The notes beneath the pieces were generated by a model, which was not told the DNA's origin, did no database searches, and was given only the letters and a program-made list of their open reading frames with translations. A stretch of 63,869 nt of DNA, filler included, from Octopus bimaculoides (taxonomy: Eukaryota): NCBI RefSeq assembly GCF_001194135.2. It is 6 parts of 5 records of this genome, joined end to end, with 100 filler letters (N's around TTAATTAATTAA, not from the genome) between each part and the next. Parts side by side here need not be neighbours in the genome. Positions count along the whole stretch, not along the records: positions 1 to 23,570 come from NC_068986.1; 5 more parts are not named here. One strand, given 5' to 3'. Position numbers and translations under genes: made by a program. Each line of letters opens with the position of its first letter. Position 1 is the first letter of the stretch. This document shows positions 1 through 11,400 of this stretch, piece by piece.

Positions 1-409
1 CATATGTAGCGCATATAACTACATTGAGTTGTCTTATATGTACAATTACCGTGTCACATACTGAATTTGAGTGTGACAAAAGGACCTGGGGTGTGAGGTC
101 TACGCGGATGTACATAGCAACTCCACCATGACTCCTTTCTTTTCTGTCAGTCCGAAATACAACATGCTGTGGTATGTGTATTTCTGCATTTCCTATATCT
201 GGTTTCAGGTGGGTTTCCGTAAGTGCTATGCATAAGGCTTGATTGCAAGCAACAAGGTCTCTCAAGAAAGGGATTGTTGTCCTGTTACTAAGTGATAACA
301 GTCCTCTGATGTTCAGTAAGAGTATAGATGTGATGTGTGTGTTGTTGCCAGTGGTTCCCATCCTGGGTCTATTTGTTGCGGTGGTCTTGCGTATTGGGGA
401 TAGTCCCAT
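1..409 (-). CDS. LINE ORF2 N-terminus, APE-type endonuclease (partial, runs off the window edge)
   Basis: My translation from ATG 409 (second ATG at 361) is open to position 2: MGLSPIRKTTATNRPRMGTTGNNTHITSILLLNIRGLLSLSNRTTIPFLRDLVACNQALCIALTETHLKPDIGNAEIHIPQHVVFRTDRKERSHGGVAMYI... It carries the APE motifs NIRG, LTETHL and R.DR...GGVA.Y. It is absent from the ORF track because it has no stop inside the window. Confidence 0.92.
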   Translation of the reverse strand, partial: MGLSPIRKTTATNRPRMGTTGNNTHITSILLLNIRGLLSLSNRTTIPFLRDLVACNQALCIALTETHLKPDIGNAEIHIPQHVVFRTDRKERSHGGVAMYIRVDLTPQVLLSHSNSVCDTVIVHIRQLNVVICATY

Positions 410-1045
410 CTGTGCGATTGTAGCCAGGTCAGCTGCTGTACCATCTTTTGTGCCATGCACAAAAAAGATTGTTGTTCAGCCGCTGCCCTTTCAACAACAT
501 GTTGTTGATAGGTCTGGTCTCTGGCACGCACTACATCAGCGTACCTCCGTTTTGGAGTAGGTGGTGCGTAATCCTTTCCTTTTGGCAGATGGTTTCTGCC
601 CTGTTTCATGTTTATGTGGCGGGGTCTTTGGTGTGCAAAACAGCAGCCTGAACCTTCCTCTCCATGCCAGCAGACACCTTTCAAGTAGAATTTGCACATT
701 CGTGTGTGTTGTCTCTTTCTATCCTTTTNNNNNNNNNNNNNNNNNNNNNGAATCTTCTTTGTTTTCTTGAGTGGGGGTGACATCCTCATCTACATCCGTG
801 CCTCCATCCTTGTCATCTTTGCTGTGTTTATTATCAAAGATAGCATCAAGAGTGTTGATATGGGATCTTATGAGAGCATAGGAACGTGTAAACTCCTGCT
901 TCTTTCGTTCTATCTGTGCTAATGTTCTCGTATAACCATTGCTCTTCAGTGCAGCAGTGATTATATTATTTGGGTTTTCTCCTTCAGCACAGCGCCAGGC
1001 TCTCAAAAACAATGTCAATTCCATGCTTCTCCAGGTTCTGGGCAT
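313..1045 (-). CDS. LINE ORF1: Myb/SANT-like N-terminus, acidic linker, CCCH zinc finger (interrupted by the 729-749 gap)
   Basis: Track ORFs 719..1045 and 313..789 join across a 21-N gap of estimated size. The N-terminal part reads WRSMELTLFLRAW...IITAALKSNGYTRTLAQIERKKQEFTRSY. The C-terminal part contains CKFYLKGVCWHGEEGSGCCFAH (C-x7-C-x8-C-x3-H). It lies directly upstream of, and overlaps, the APE ORF. Confidence 0.8.
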
Positions 1046-1619
1046 TTTAGTGGTTAGTTTATTAATTTATCTATCTATCTATTTATTTAGTTATTTAATT
1101 TTAACAGTGTGATGGAGGGTAGTAAAGAAATAGAGAATATTCATAAATATTTATATTTTTTAAATTATTCATATTTGCCGATATGTATTATATATATATA
1201 TATATGCACATTTTAAGTCGAATTTATAACTATATGAGTATGTATAAAAAATTGATTGTCTAATTTAAGTTTATATTTTAATTTTTATCTCTTGCCTCGG
1301 GTTTGACCCGAGCACTTCTTAAGCAGTTCTATATATTTTATAAGAAATACTAATAATAATATTATATATATAAAGTGAGATTGCTAAAGGAGATTATTTC
1401 GATAATTCTAATTCACACATATATAATGTGGCAAACGAGTTTTACATTCTCGAAGACGTATTGTAGTTATAAATCTTTCAAAGTGCTAAATACAGAGTAA
1501 TAAAACATTTTAAGTAGATCTAACCAATAATGTAGTACACCAAGCGTCTTAAATAAAACGTTTACAAATAATAATCAATGAAATTATATTAGTTATATAT
1601 TTCCTGTGTTCATCAATTG

Positions 1620-2900
1620 GATGCTGCTTTGTTGTTTTGATTTATTACTCAAAATGATTTTTTTCCGCTGGAATTTGATTCAATTGAAGAGGAAAGTCTT
1701 TTGTTTTCTTAATGCTTCAATGATTTTTTGCCTTCATGCAAGTTTTTCCTTGTTGCATATATTTCGCGACAACTTGATGTGGGATATAATTAGATTGGCA
1801 TCAGCTCTTCTAATTCGCTCGAAATTAGACTCGAAGGACTAGGAAATCTAAATTGCTTTTTGAATGTGTGAAAAGGCTTTGTTGACCCCTTTAAGACTGA
1901 AGAAATAAACAGGAATTTCCATTGTTAGATCTTCTTCGGTTTCTTTCTAATGTTCTTCCATTTCAATGAGGTCTTTGTTTACAACTCCTTGTTCGTGTAA
2001 CAGAAGCAAATCATTTATGTCATTCGTAGAAACATCAAGGGCCGATTGATTAGTAATATCATCGATCGCTTCTTTTTCGTTTTGAATAATCTCTACGCTT
2101 CTATAATTCCCTTAAAATTGAGGGCACAGTTTTTTTCCAAATATCTTTCATATTTTCTCTGTAATTTTGTTCCATGCTCCTTTTATTATCTTTACTGCAC
2201 TCGGAACATTGAGTGATTTCCAAAATTCTTTTAACGTTAAGCTCTTTTCCTTAACAATAGCTTGTGTTAACTTGATGTGCCGAAGATAATAAAAGATGCA
2301 ATAACGCCTTGGTCCATTGGTTGCAAATGTGCCGTTGTAACATTAATCTAATATTTGGATGGCGATGCTATAGAGATTGTGGATGACAAGTGCATTATTT
2401 ATGATCAGTAGCATATCAAATGCAAAATTTTTGTAGTCACAATATTTATATTTTTTACTTTGGGTATAAAATGATACAAAATTCAGTCTTCAAACAGTGC
2501 AGCAGTAAATGGCTCCCGTTTATTTGCTTTTCCATATGGCTGGCACTGTAACGTTTACGAGGCCTTAAAATGTCCTTGAATTTTCGACATGATGCAAAAG
2601 CATGGGACAGCTACATTCACTGATGCCTCCAAACAATTAATGTCATCGATCTTTAGCAATTTTGAATCCTACAAGTGATTATTCATCTTTCACTATGGAA
2701 ATTCATGTTGGCATCTTTTTTCTAATATAGGATTCTTTCGTCTACATTAATGGTTTGTGAGGCTGTATAACCATATTCTTCAATAAAATATTACTATTTC
2801 TTCGGGAACAAATTTGCTGTTTCAATATCAGTATTCACGCCATGCAAATTTATAGCACGCCAGCAAACCATTTTTATTTATATATCTATAAAACCAACAA
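1620..2900 (-). pseudogene. Degenerate Tigger/pogo (DDE_1) transposase
   Basis: Minus-strand translation with stops and frameshifts gives INVDE, KKMP, GFKIAKDR, FEDxILYHFIPKV, MLLIINNA, TTAHLQPMDQGVIASF (~2291-2338), TLKEFWKSLN and IWKKLCPQF. These appear in the order expected for Tigger transposases. Confidence 0.88.
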
Positions 2901-3782
2901 TATATGCTGCTTCACAGCCGCTTTCTTGTTAATATTTAAAACTGCTAAAAAGTTCTTATAACAGCTTGTGTAAGAGTTTTGTGTTGAAATGCGTTTGATC
3001 AATTATCCATGGTGATAAGCGGTTATCCATTTGAGGATGTGAAGAATAAGACTGACTAGTCCATTTTTAGTATCACTAGATTGCAACATGTGTGAACTTC
3101 TAGCTTGGTTCAAATATTTCTTTATTCACTAACTTTATATATAACTGATTGACCCACAGAAAATTTGGATACTGAATCGTATATTTAAGCTATAATTTCC
3201 TTTTTATTGGATTTAATAAAATTTGACTACTTTAATGAACTTTGTTCTCTTCTCCCATATTGGAAGAGTGAATCAATTCAAAAGCTTTTAGACTAGTAAC
3301 GCATAGCCTATAAAACCGGGTATTTTCGTTTGTTATAAGTTTGTTCTTAAAACATCTTAAAATAATCTGTTGTAAGCTGTTTCAAATCTAATAATAGTCA
3401 TTCAGAAACAAATATTATGCCCGTAACAAGTCACCACTTCAAGACAAAAACAAGTAACACTCATAAGTTTACAGTTATCTAAGAGTTCAGTTTATTACAA
3501 GGACACACTGTATTATCAATTATCATAAATCAATGTCAAAAGAGTACCTATGCAAGAGTGAATACAGCATGCTCTTGCGTCCGTATACAAACTGCTTAGC
3601 TTTCATTTGGCGGAATGAACTACTAAATTTCTATTTTTACATTTAAACAAAAAAGATTCAGGCTGGACGATCATTAATTCAAAGAAGTATTACTGTATAA
3701 GTAACTATATGTGAATGAGTGTATATGTAGTTCTATATTTAAGAGATGAGGAATTATGTACATTATTTACACTATTTACATA

Positions 3783-3846
3783 TGGCGTAGTAGTTAAGAG
3801 CACGGGCTACTAACCTCAACATTCCGAGTTTGATTCCAGGCAGTGA

Positions 3847-3893
<47 letters not shown>

Positions 3894-3998
3894 TCAAAAA
3901 GTACCTTAGGAATGAGAACCCAGGTTCGAAATTTCCCCAAGACACCTAATGAAGGTTGGCGGGTATATCATCCGAAACGTAGTGTTGAAAACAAACAT
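3783..3998 (+). mobile_element. tRNA-derived SINE: Pol III head, internal (AAT)n, hammerhead-containing tail
   Basis: A-box TGGCGTAGTAG at 3783 and B-box GTTTGATTCC at 3828-3837, then (AAT)n at ~3851-3890 and a tail with a hammerhead-like fold. Confidence 0.8.
3941..3986 (+). ncRNA. Minimal type I hammerhead ribozyme motif, probably inactive in this copy (G5A)
   Basis: Stem I GACAC/GTGTT; core CTAATGA (consensus CTGANGA); stem II GGTTG/CATCC with one mismatch; GAAA; palindromic minimal stem III ACGT; cleavage triplet GTA at 3979-3981. Confidence 0.65.
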
Positions 3999-5299
3999 CC
4001 ATTTTACCCCATAATAATTTCCTCTGTATTAATACCATATGTTTTATTAGCGTCTTGCCCCTTTAACTGGTAATTAACATCTTGATTTTGGGTCTTCCCC
4101 TAACCAGCCTTCTTTATAGACAGTTACACATTTCCTAAAATCCTGCCAATATTTATGACCATACCCAACTATAAACTGTTAACTCACTCCGTCTGTCCAT
4201 TCTAAACAGACACTGTCCTCTAGCCTTAGATTTGGTAGTTGATAAAAAAAGACTAATAGATTAAATATGAACCACAATCCTTTACAAGCTATGACCCTAA
4301 CAAACTTCATACAGTTCTTAGAAGTGTAGTATATTTTGAGCAACATTAAAAGCAACAGGGACTTTTCCCCTCTTCTTACTTTATTTTGATTTTATTCAAC
4401 TTACTTTGAGTTGTACGGATAAAACCGCGGTGACTTGGTACTTCAACTTAGGTACCTAANNNNNNNNNNTATATAAATGTGTGTGTGCCTGTGACTATGC
4501 TTGCATATTGATATATATAGAAGTTTAATTTGTGAATGTATATGTGTACACGTGTCTATGTTTATAATATACAAATCTGAAATATGAAACTGTAAATTAT
4601 GGTGTTTTCTAGTGGAGACATGAAAGCTATTAATATACTATAAAATATTTCAAACAGTCACTTTATGATGAATAACTCTGTATGTAAAACTATTTCATCT
4701 TTAATAAAGCTAACTTATCTTAGATATTTAAAATTCTACTTTGAAGAGCTGCATTACTTGATGATATATTCTGGTTGCTAGTCAAAGAACGATGTACTGA
4801 GACGAGAGGAAGCTACAGAGAGCTTTGTCGATTGGGAGTTAGGCTACCAAGTCTGTTACCAGCAGAAGGTTTGTCCAAATGCCCAAAACGATGAATATGA
4901 AATTGTTCTGTTACGTGAGAGAATTACGTTGCTGCTTAATCTATTTTCCCTTTAAGTAAGTAGGATACGATTTGCGAAACATTTAGCTGCTATTTCTAAA
5001 ATATTAAGCAAGGAAGAATAGGCTTCCACGTTGTTTTAACAAAAACATTGCCCAAACATAGAAAATTAATATCTAGGTCGTTGGTGGTGTTACATGTGTG
5101 GTACTTGAGTCTTCTACTTTCTACTATATGCCCAGTTGACTCTGTTTGAGATGACTATTTTCCTAGAGTTTGGATTTCGGCAAGATCAATTCCCATTGGG
5201 GATTACATCATCTTCTTCAACGCATTCCATCAGTCGCGTGCCGGTGGTCACAATGATTTTCGTGATAGAGACACATGACTTCGTTTTTAGGGTATTATA

Positions 5300-5385
5300 C
5301 TCATTATCATAAGCTTGTGGTTTCGATTACTAAACTGGGTGACGCGTTGTGTTCTTGAGAAAAACACTTCATTTGACCCGTCGAT
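5300..5385 (+). mobile_element. SINE fragment (tRNA head plus GCGTTGTGT.CTTGAG central domain, family C)
   Basis: GGTTTCGATTAC...GCGTTGTGTTCTTGAGAAAAACACTTCATTT resembles the copies at ~51.6 kb and ~53.6 kb. Confidence 0.5.
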
Positions 5386-5952
5386 TGAGACAGAGCGTCC
5401 CGTCGAGTGGGAGAGAGCGCGAAAAGGAACTTTGAGTTTTTCTTTTTAGTGGGGTTGGTGGGGTGCTTTCTATACAAGAATGGGATTTAACACTAAAGTG
5501 GCACTAGAGAACTACCAAAGAAAATACAGCATACAAGCACAATCCTGCAATCCCAAAAAGCATTGTTGTACACAATGCCACTCTAGTAGAACAATGCAGG
5601 AAACTATCGAAAGCATAAACAATTCATCTAGTCACAAATTTTAGTGGTTAAGTGTTTATTCAATTAAATCGACATCAGTACTTGACTTCATATGCATTTT
5701 AGTGATACTAGTGCGGCGTAAGAGAATAAAAGGCAAAGTTGAGCTCGGTAGACTGGGATTCACAAAGTGGAAAGCCGTAAACATACAAAATGCATTTTGT
5801 ACGTAGCTCTAATGTATCTGCCAATGTATCAGAATAAACAATTTATGAATTATTGATATACATTCAAAGATTAGTAGTTGGTCCAGTAACAGTAACTGTG
5901 TGTCGCCACATATACCTATATTAATTGTTATTATTTATGTTATTGATACAAC

Positions 5953-6165
5953 AGCGAGCTGGCAGAAAAGTTAGCGCGCTGGGCAAAATACTTTGCAGTA
6001 TTTCGTCCGTTTTCACGTTCTGAGTTCAAATTCCTCCGCGGTCGACTTTGCTTTCATCCTTTCGGGGGTACATAAAATAAGTACTAGCTGAGTACTAGGA
6101 TCAATATAATCGACTACCCACCACCTCCCCTAAATCTCCCTTGTCCCTATAGTAGAAAGGATTAT
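5953..6165 (+). mobile_element. Octopus tRNA-derived SINE, family A (OK/OR type)
   Basis: GCGAGCTGGCAGAA...GAGTTCAAATT...GGTCGACTTTGCTTTCATCCTTTCGGGG..TAAAATAAGTAC...TAGTAGAAAGGATTATT. More than ten related copies occur in the window. Confidence 0.85.
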
Positions 6166-6399
6166 TGTTTTTGTCATGTATGGCCGACGTTGTACGTGTT
6201 GCAGAATCTCCGTGAGTTTGTGCTTTGTCTACCATTTTGGCAGTCTTTCTTTTGTGGTAATTTTATCATTTCACATTATTTCTTAGTTGACCAGAACAAC
6301 AAGCGTTTTGTTACTCACTCTACGGGGAGACATTTTTGCAACTTCTTTTCGTTCATCGTTTTATGGTACAAAATTTTAAACGAAAACAAGCCATCATTT

Positions 6400-7860
6400 G
6401 CAGGTGAAACCATCAGTCATCTCAACCACACAATACTACGAATGCTGTAGCAGTGGTAACAGTAGAAACAACAAGCTACAGTAACAACAACCATAAAAAC
6501 CGCTATAAAGTAAGCAGTAGTAAATACTAGAATGACGTCAAATGAAAAAGCTTGCAAAATACCCAGTACAGTAAAATCATGCATTGTCACCAGTATAGAA
6601 GCAAACTGCTGCAGCACAAGCAGAACCACCCCAACCATTACTTCCAACATCATAATAAGAAACAATAACGGCAAAGACCACGATGATACCGTCAACAATA
6701 GGATTATAGCAGCAGCAATGAAAACATAACAAAAATAAAAATAATCATTTGCCAAGAACACTAACGTTTTCAATCCTATCTCAAAAGACAATGAGCATTG
6801 AAACTGACGGAGAAACAGAAAACATTAAAATCAGAAAAAGGCTACGTACAATACACCTTTTAGATCAAACAGAAAGGAAAAGAAATTCTGTATAGATGCT
6901 TATTGAAAAAAAATAGATCGTAGACTTTTCAGAGGAACACTGTTTAATAAACATTTGGTTAACTAGTAATTTCGTGGGACATGCCCATAAATTTAGATAT
7001 GATACGATTATCTTTCACCCGGAAACCGTAAGCCAGATGCACTCCAACATTCCTCAAAAACTGAAGATTTCACCCGGATACCAGTTTATCTGGAACGGAG
7101 TGTTATTCGAGTAAAAATCTCAGCCATAACATCTGAATTAGACTCCCGGTTTATGGTGAACTGTGTGCTTTTGAAAGATCCCTGCATGTTACTACAAATA
7201 TACACATTCCGAGAGGAAAATTGGATTGGGATGGTGTTGGATATTTTGATCCAACTGGAACATAAGACAGTAGACAAAATCCCCGATATAGTAGAGATCC
7301 GGGATGGCAGCAACTGTAAATGGTAGTAGAGATAGAAGACTTCGGTGTTACAGCTGAGACAACATTAATAATTTCAAGAATTTCTGCGAATAGTAATATG
7401 AGAAATAATAGCTGAAAAGAGGCCTCGACTATTGCCAATACCAAAACATCAACAAAAATAATAACGTCAGCTACCACAACACAAACAGCTAGAGCAAAAT
7501 ACAGCCTTAACATGCAACAGCAGCAACATGCACTAGCACCACTCACAACAGTAGCTACACCAGAGCTATCAAAACTATCATCATCATTAAAACCAACACC
7601 ACTACTGCATACACTACCATCACAAGTGCAACTTAATTCATACACACGGCGACAGTCACTTCGCACGCCCAACACGAACAAAACAGAAGATATTGACTAC
7701 ACAGCAATAAATATAAGCAACAGCAAACTAATGAACATCATACATCAGTATACAAGTATCATACACAATAACTATATTACATTAGCTAATAGAATTCCAG
7801 TAAATACGCAAATTATCTAAATATCATAACATACATACAAAATAGTGAAAAAAGATATCC
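6400..7860 (+). repeat. Degenerate A/C-rich (AAC/AGC-derived) low-complexity tracts flanking the ORF1 remnant
   Basis: Strong strand asymmetry with imperfect ACA/GCA/ACT triplets at ~6400-6850 and ~7330-7860. Confidence 0.6.
7003..7400 (+). pseudogene. Degenerate gag-like (L1/Tx1-type) LINE ORF1 remnant
   Basis: Stop-free frame 7003-7326: ...RIPVYLERSVIRVKISAITSELDSRFMVNCVLL...EENWIGMVLDILIQ...DKIPDIVEIRDGS. After a frameshift it continues RRLRCYS*...NFC, like a decayed CCHC knuckle. The family assignment is from recalled pattern only. Confidence 0.45.
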
Positions 7861-8849
7861 CAAAGTTGGAGGAAACTCCAGAAGTAATATTAATTAAAGA
7901 CTATACACAGAAACTGCTAGTGGGAATATCCACTGTCAGGTGAGGTATGAAAATGATTCTCATTTTCTTCTCTCTTCTGGATCATGGCTGTGCTCAAAAT
8001 AGGCACTATGAATGCAAATGACTTGAGTCATCTTAGAAGCAGGTCTACTTACTGAACGATCTCATTTCAAAAGGTATAGGCGCGGTGGCCATCGCTCAGC
8101 AAAGAAATGTTCAGTGTTTGATATTTATACATCTCAACTGAATTGTCTACCAACATACCAATTATAAAGATGTATATATATACCTACAGGGGTAGGTGCA
8201 GATTTTATTATGCAATTGAACTTTGTACCGGATCAAGGGTTCACCAACTGACCGGGGTACACCAAAACGCAAAACAACAACAATCAAGGCAGAAACAACA
8301 ATCGAAATTTTGCTTAGTATATAGGATTGTATTAATTGGACCTATGACCCTCCGGCTTTCTAGCCTACAATGCATGGTCTGCCATTCATAAGAGGGCCAC
8401 ATTAGACACGTAACAATTTCTTGATGCATTCAAAAATTTTAAAAAATCCTATTCGCAGTATAATAAGGTAATTTAATTGCACTACAGGACATAAATCTAG
8501 AACATAAAGAGAAGAAAATATTTTAACAGGAAATAAATAAATAAAGGCTTGAATAACATTAATTTTGAAGGCACATACATTTCACACGAAACGAAAACAT
8601 TTCCATTTCTTGGCAGATTCATTAATGTCGTAAGCACTGAAGAATTCTTGAATGCAAGACTCTTCCAGATTAGATTCAACTAGTGACGGTGAGGTGCATT
8701 GGCAACTATATTCACATTTACCTCTCGGTTATCTTTATATAGAAGTACGTGTAAGCGATCAGTGTAGAGATAGCGGTGGTTGATATGTTGTTCGGAGTGC
8801 CAGAATGAACAAATTGGAAGGATTTCCTAAATACCTAAAGCTATACTAG

Positions 8850-9290
8850 AGCTGTGTCCCGTTAAGGACACATGATGAATGACATAAAACCTGCGATGAA
8901 AGGAAAATCCCAGTAGCTAAAACCGTAGAAGACAGAATCACTTGAGATCTTTTGGTTTTGAAGTACAGGAGAATCCAAACTAAATTAATGTGGTAGGGAT
9001 CCGAAGGGCCGCAACGACAGCAGCAGATCACAGATTGTATATTCTGCGAGTTTCCAAAGATTACGAAAATTACTCTTACATCCTGTCTGAGAAACCAGAA
9101 ACTAGCCACCTATCGTCTTGCCATAAACATCAGAACCCACCGATCATTTTGTGTTGGATGGAAGAAGATGGAAGTTGAAAGAATATTCCAAATAGTCAGG
9201 GAGTGTGCGAAGGACGAAACAGACGAAAACCTCCTATAACAGAGTGAACTCCAGCAGAAAAAGAAAAACAAATAGTACATGTGAAGATGA
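8850..9290 (+). pseudogene. Second, more decayed gag-like ORF1 remnant
   Basis: The frame reads TKLMW*GSEG...ATYRLAINIRTHRSFCVG, with motifs in the same order as the 7.0-7.4 kb remnant. Confidence 0.3.
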
Positions 9291-10214
9291 GTCTGCTCTA
9301 GATGGTGGAATCAGTAGAATTTACAGACGTACTTCTGAGTAGCTTTACATCTACGAAACACACATTTTCATATGTGTTAAAAATTCGAAAGTAAATTTAA
9401 TTTCAGACCAATATTTTTTTAAGAAGAGGAGATATATAAACCTGCGGAAACCCAATTATTAACGAAGTGTTCACTTGCATGTAATGAACATTCAATTGAT
9501 TCTGTGCACGGAGACAATGTGATTTCCCAAGGTTGCCCAACGATAAAAATGCTTACGGGTGTTTTGGGGTATGTCAGAACACAGTAGGAAGAATAAAGGA
9601 ATAGTCATGTCGGACGAATCCTCTGTTTCATCGTAGGTAGATGCTTTGAATTCGAGTAAGTATGATTGGCTTTTAGTAATGTTATACTTTCGTTTTAAAT
9701 ATTGCATCTCCTTTTAATATTTTAAAATTATGCTATGTAATTATTATGTCTTTCTTATATAATTTGTGTCAACATGCATGACATAACCCCTTCAAGATTA
9801 TCCTCGGTTTTATATAAAATTGTCTTTTCTAACACTACAAAGCTTTGTAACCCATATATATCCTTTCTTGTACGCGAGAAAGGGCCCTTAAGAACAAGAT
9901 AAAGAAACGATTATCATTACTGTTCTTTATTTAAACAAAAATCTAATCAGCAATAGAAGGTGAATATTAGCAAACAACACACCTTTACATTAGAAAGTGG
10001 ATAACAACTGTCCCGATATATATTCCTAAGCAACAGATCAAAGCATCTGGCAACTTCAATACTCACCGACCGATAATCCAGCTGACGTCTTTCAAGCGTC
10101 AGCAAAACAGAAAAGCTATTATTCAAATTTGTCTCTGACGTAATTTTCCCCCTACTTCTTCCATTGTATTTAACCTATGACAACACTTTAATATGATCTA
10201 CGTCAACTCTAATA

Positions 10215-10298
10215 CTTACAAATGAGAAAGAAAGAAAGAAAGAAAGGGAGAAGGAATGAATGAAAGAAAGGGAAAAAGAAAGAAAGAAAGAAAGAAAG
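10215..10298. repeat. (GAAA)n-type microsatellite
   Basis: Directly visible. Confidence 0.9.
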
Positions 10299-11219
10299 AC
10301 TAACGGCGAGATGAACGAAATATGATAAACTAGTCTCTGTTTTTTCATGTTGTACATAACAATAGTTTTTAAAAAGACTATTGACTAATGGCTACAGCAA
10401 CCGGTCCACTCTTACTTATCTGTTTAGTTGCTTATTTATTAATACCACAATTTAGTTTTATTTTCTCTTTGTTGTCGCTTTGTCTTTCAGTCATTGTTAG
10501 TTTCCTTTTACTTCCACCTTCTATTCTTACTTAACTAGAATGTATCGCCTAACCACCGATTGCTTATTTCATTCTCTAGACTTTTTTTTACATGAATGAT
10601 GATAATAATTAAGTGAATTTGCATCTATCTATTTTATAATGAAACAAGACAAGGTATAACTTCTTCAAAGACAAATAAGTTATAAATGCCGACCAAATGA
10701 TTGTTACTGACTATTGAAATTGAAAGCTGTTTCCATGTTTACAGACCAGAGAAAAGTTCATAATTCAAAGCGGTTGAAAAAACACTCTATGAATATTGTA
10801 TATGAATAAACTAAAAACATATGATCTATATGCACGTATTGTTTTATCATTCCATAGTTTAAGGCACTTTTCTACTTCTACTTTGTAAATTTGTTTTAGA
10901 AAGCTATTCTAAAATATTCAAGGTGATAAGTATATAAAAGAATATTCACAAGAGAATTGCTGGAATAATACTATGAACATTTCATAAATAAATCATGTGG
11001 TATGCACAAATCAAAATCATATATAAATTTGCAATAAATGGTACATGATGTTACAATTTTCTAAATTCTTCGAATCCTTTCTGGTTTAGCAAACTCCATA
11101 ATACATAAGATTGGGAGTAATGCAACTAGTTACCTAACCAAGTGCTTCAATAATCGTTGACATGATTCTATAAACGCGTGAATCGATAAATATATGAACA
11201 TCTGTAAGTATTTATGCGT

Positions 11220-11326
11220 GCATGTGTATATTTCTATACATATACATAAATACATACATACATAAATACATATATGTATGTATGTATGTATGTATGTATA
11301 TATATATATATATATATAAATATATT

Positions 11327-11358
<32 letters not shown>

Positions 11359-11400
11359 CAGAGAGACAGGAGAGAGAGGAGAGAGAGGGGGAGAGAGGAG
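11220..11400. repeat. Compound (ATGT)n/(TA)n/(GA)n microsatellite
   Basis: Directly visible. Similar compound arrays occur at ~11.7-11.95, 14.9-15.4, 16.03-16.11, 23.4-25.6, 27.6-28.5, 29.69-29.78, 32.2-32.37, 33.9-34.3, 35.94-36.04, 46-46.6, 48.5-48.9, 49.9-51.6 and 55.5-56 kb. Confidence 0.9.

Noticed and set aside
243-922. Plus-strand ORFs 243..560, 448..651, 561..770 and 692..922
   Set aside because: They are antisense shadows of the LINE ORF1/ORF2 and have no motifs of their own.
1296-1312. GC hairpin CTCGGG-TTTGA-CCCGAG resembling a Helitron 3' hairpin
   Set aside because: There is no properly spaced CTRR terminus or recognisable 5' end, and the stem is only 6 bp.
8300-8430. Possible Tc1-type MWPS...LES transposase trace on the minus strand
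   Set aside because: Too degenerate, and no supporting TIR pair could be confirmed.
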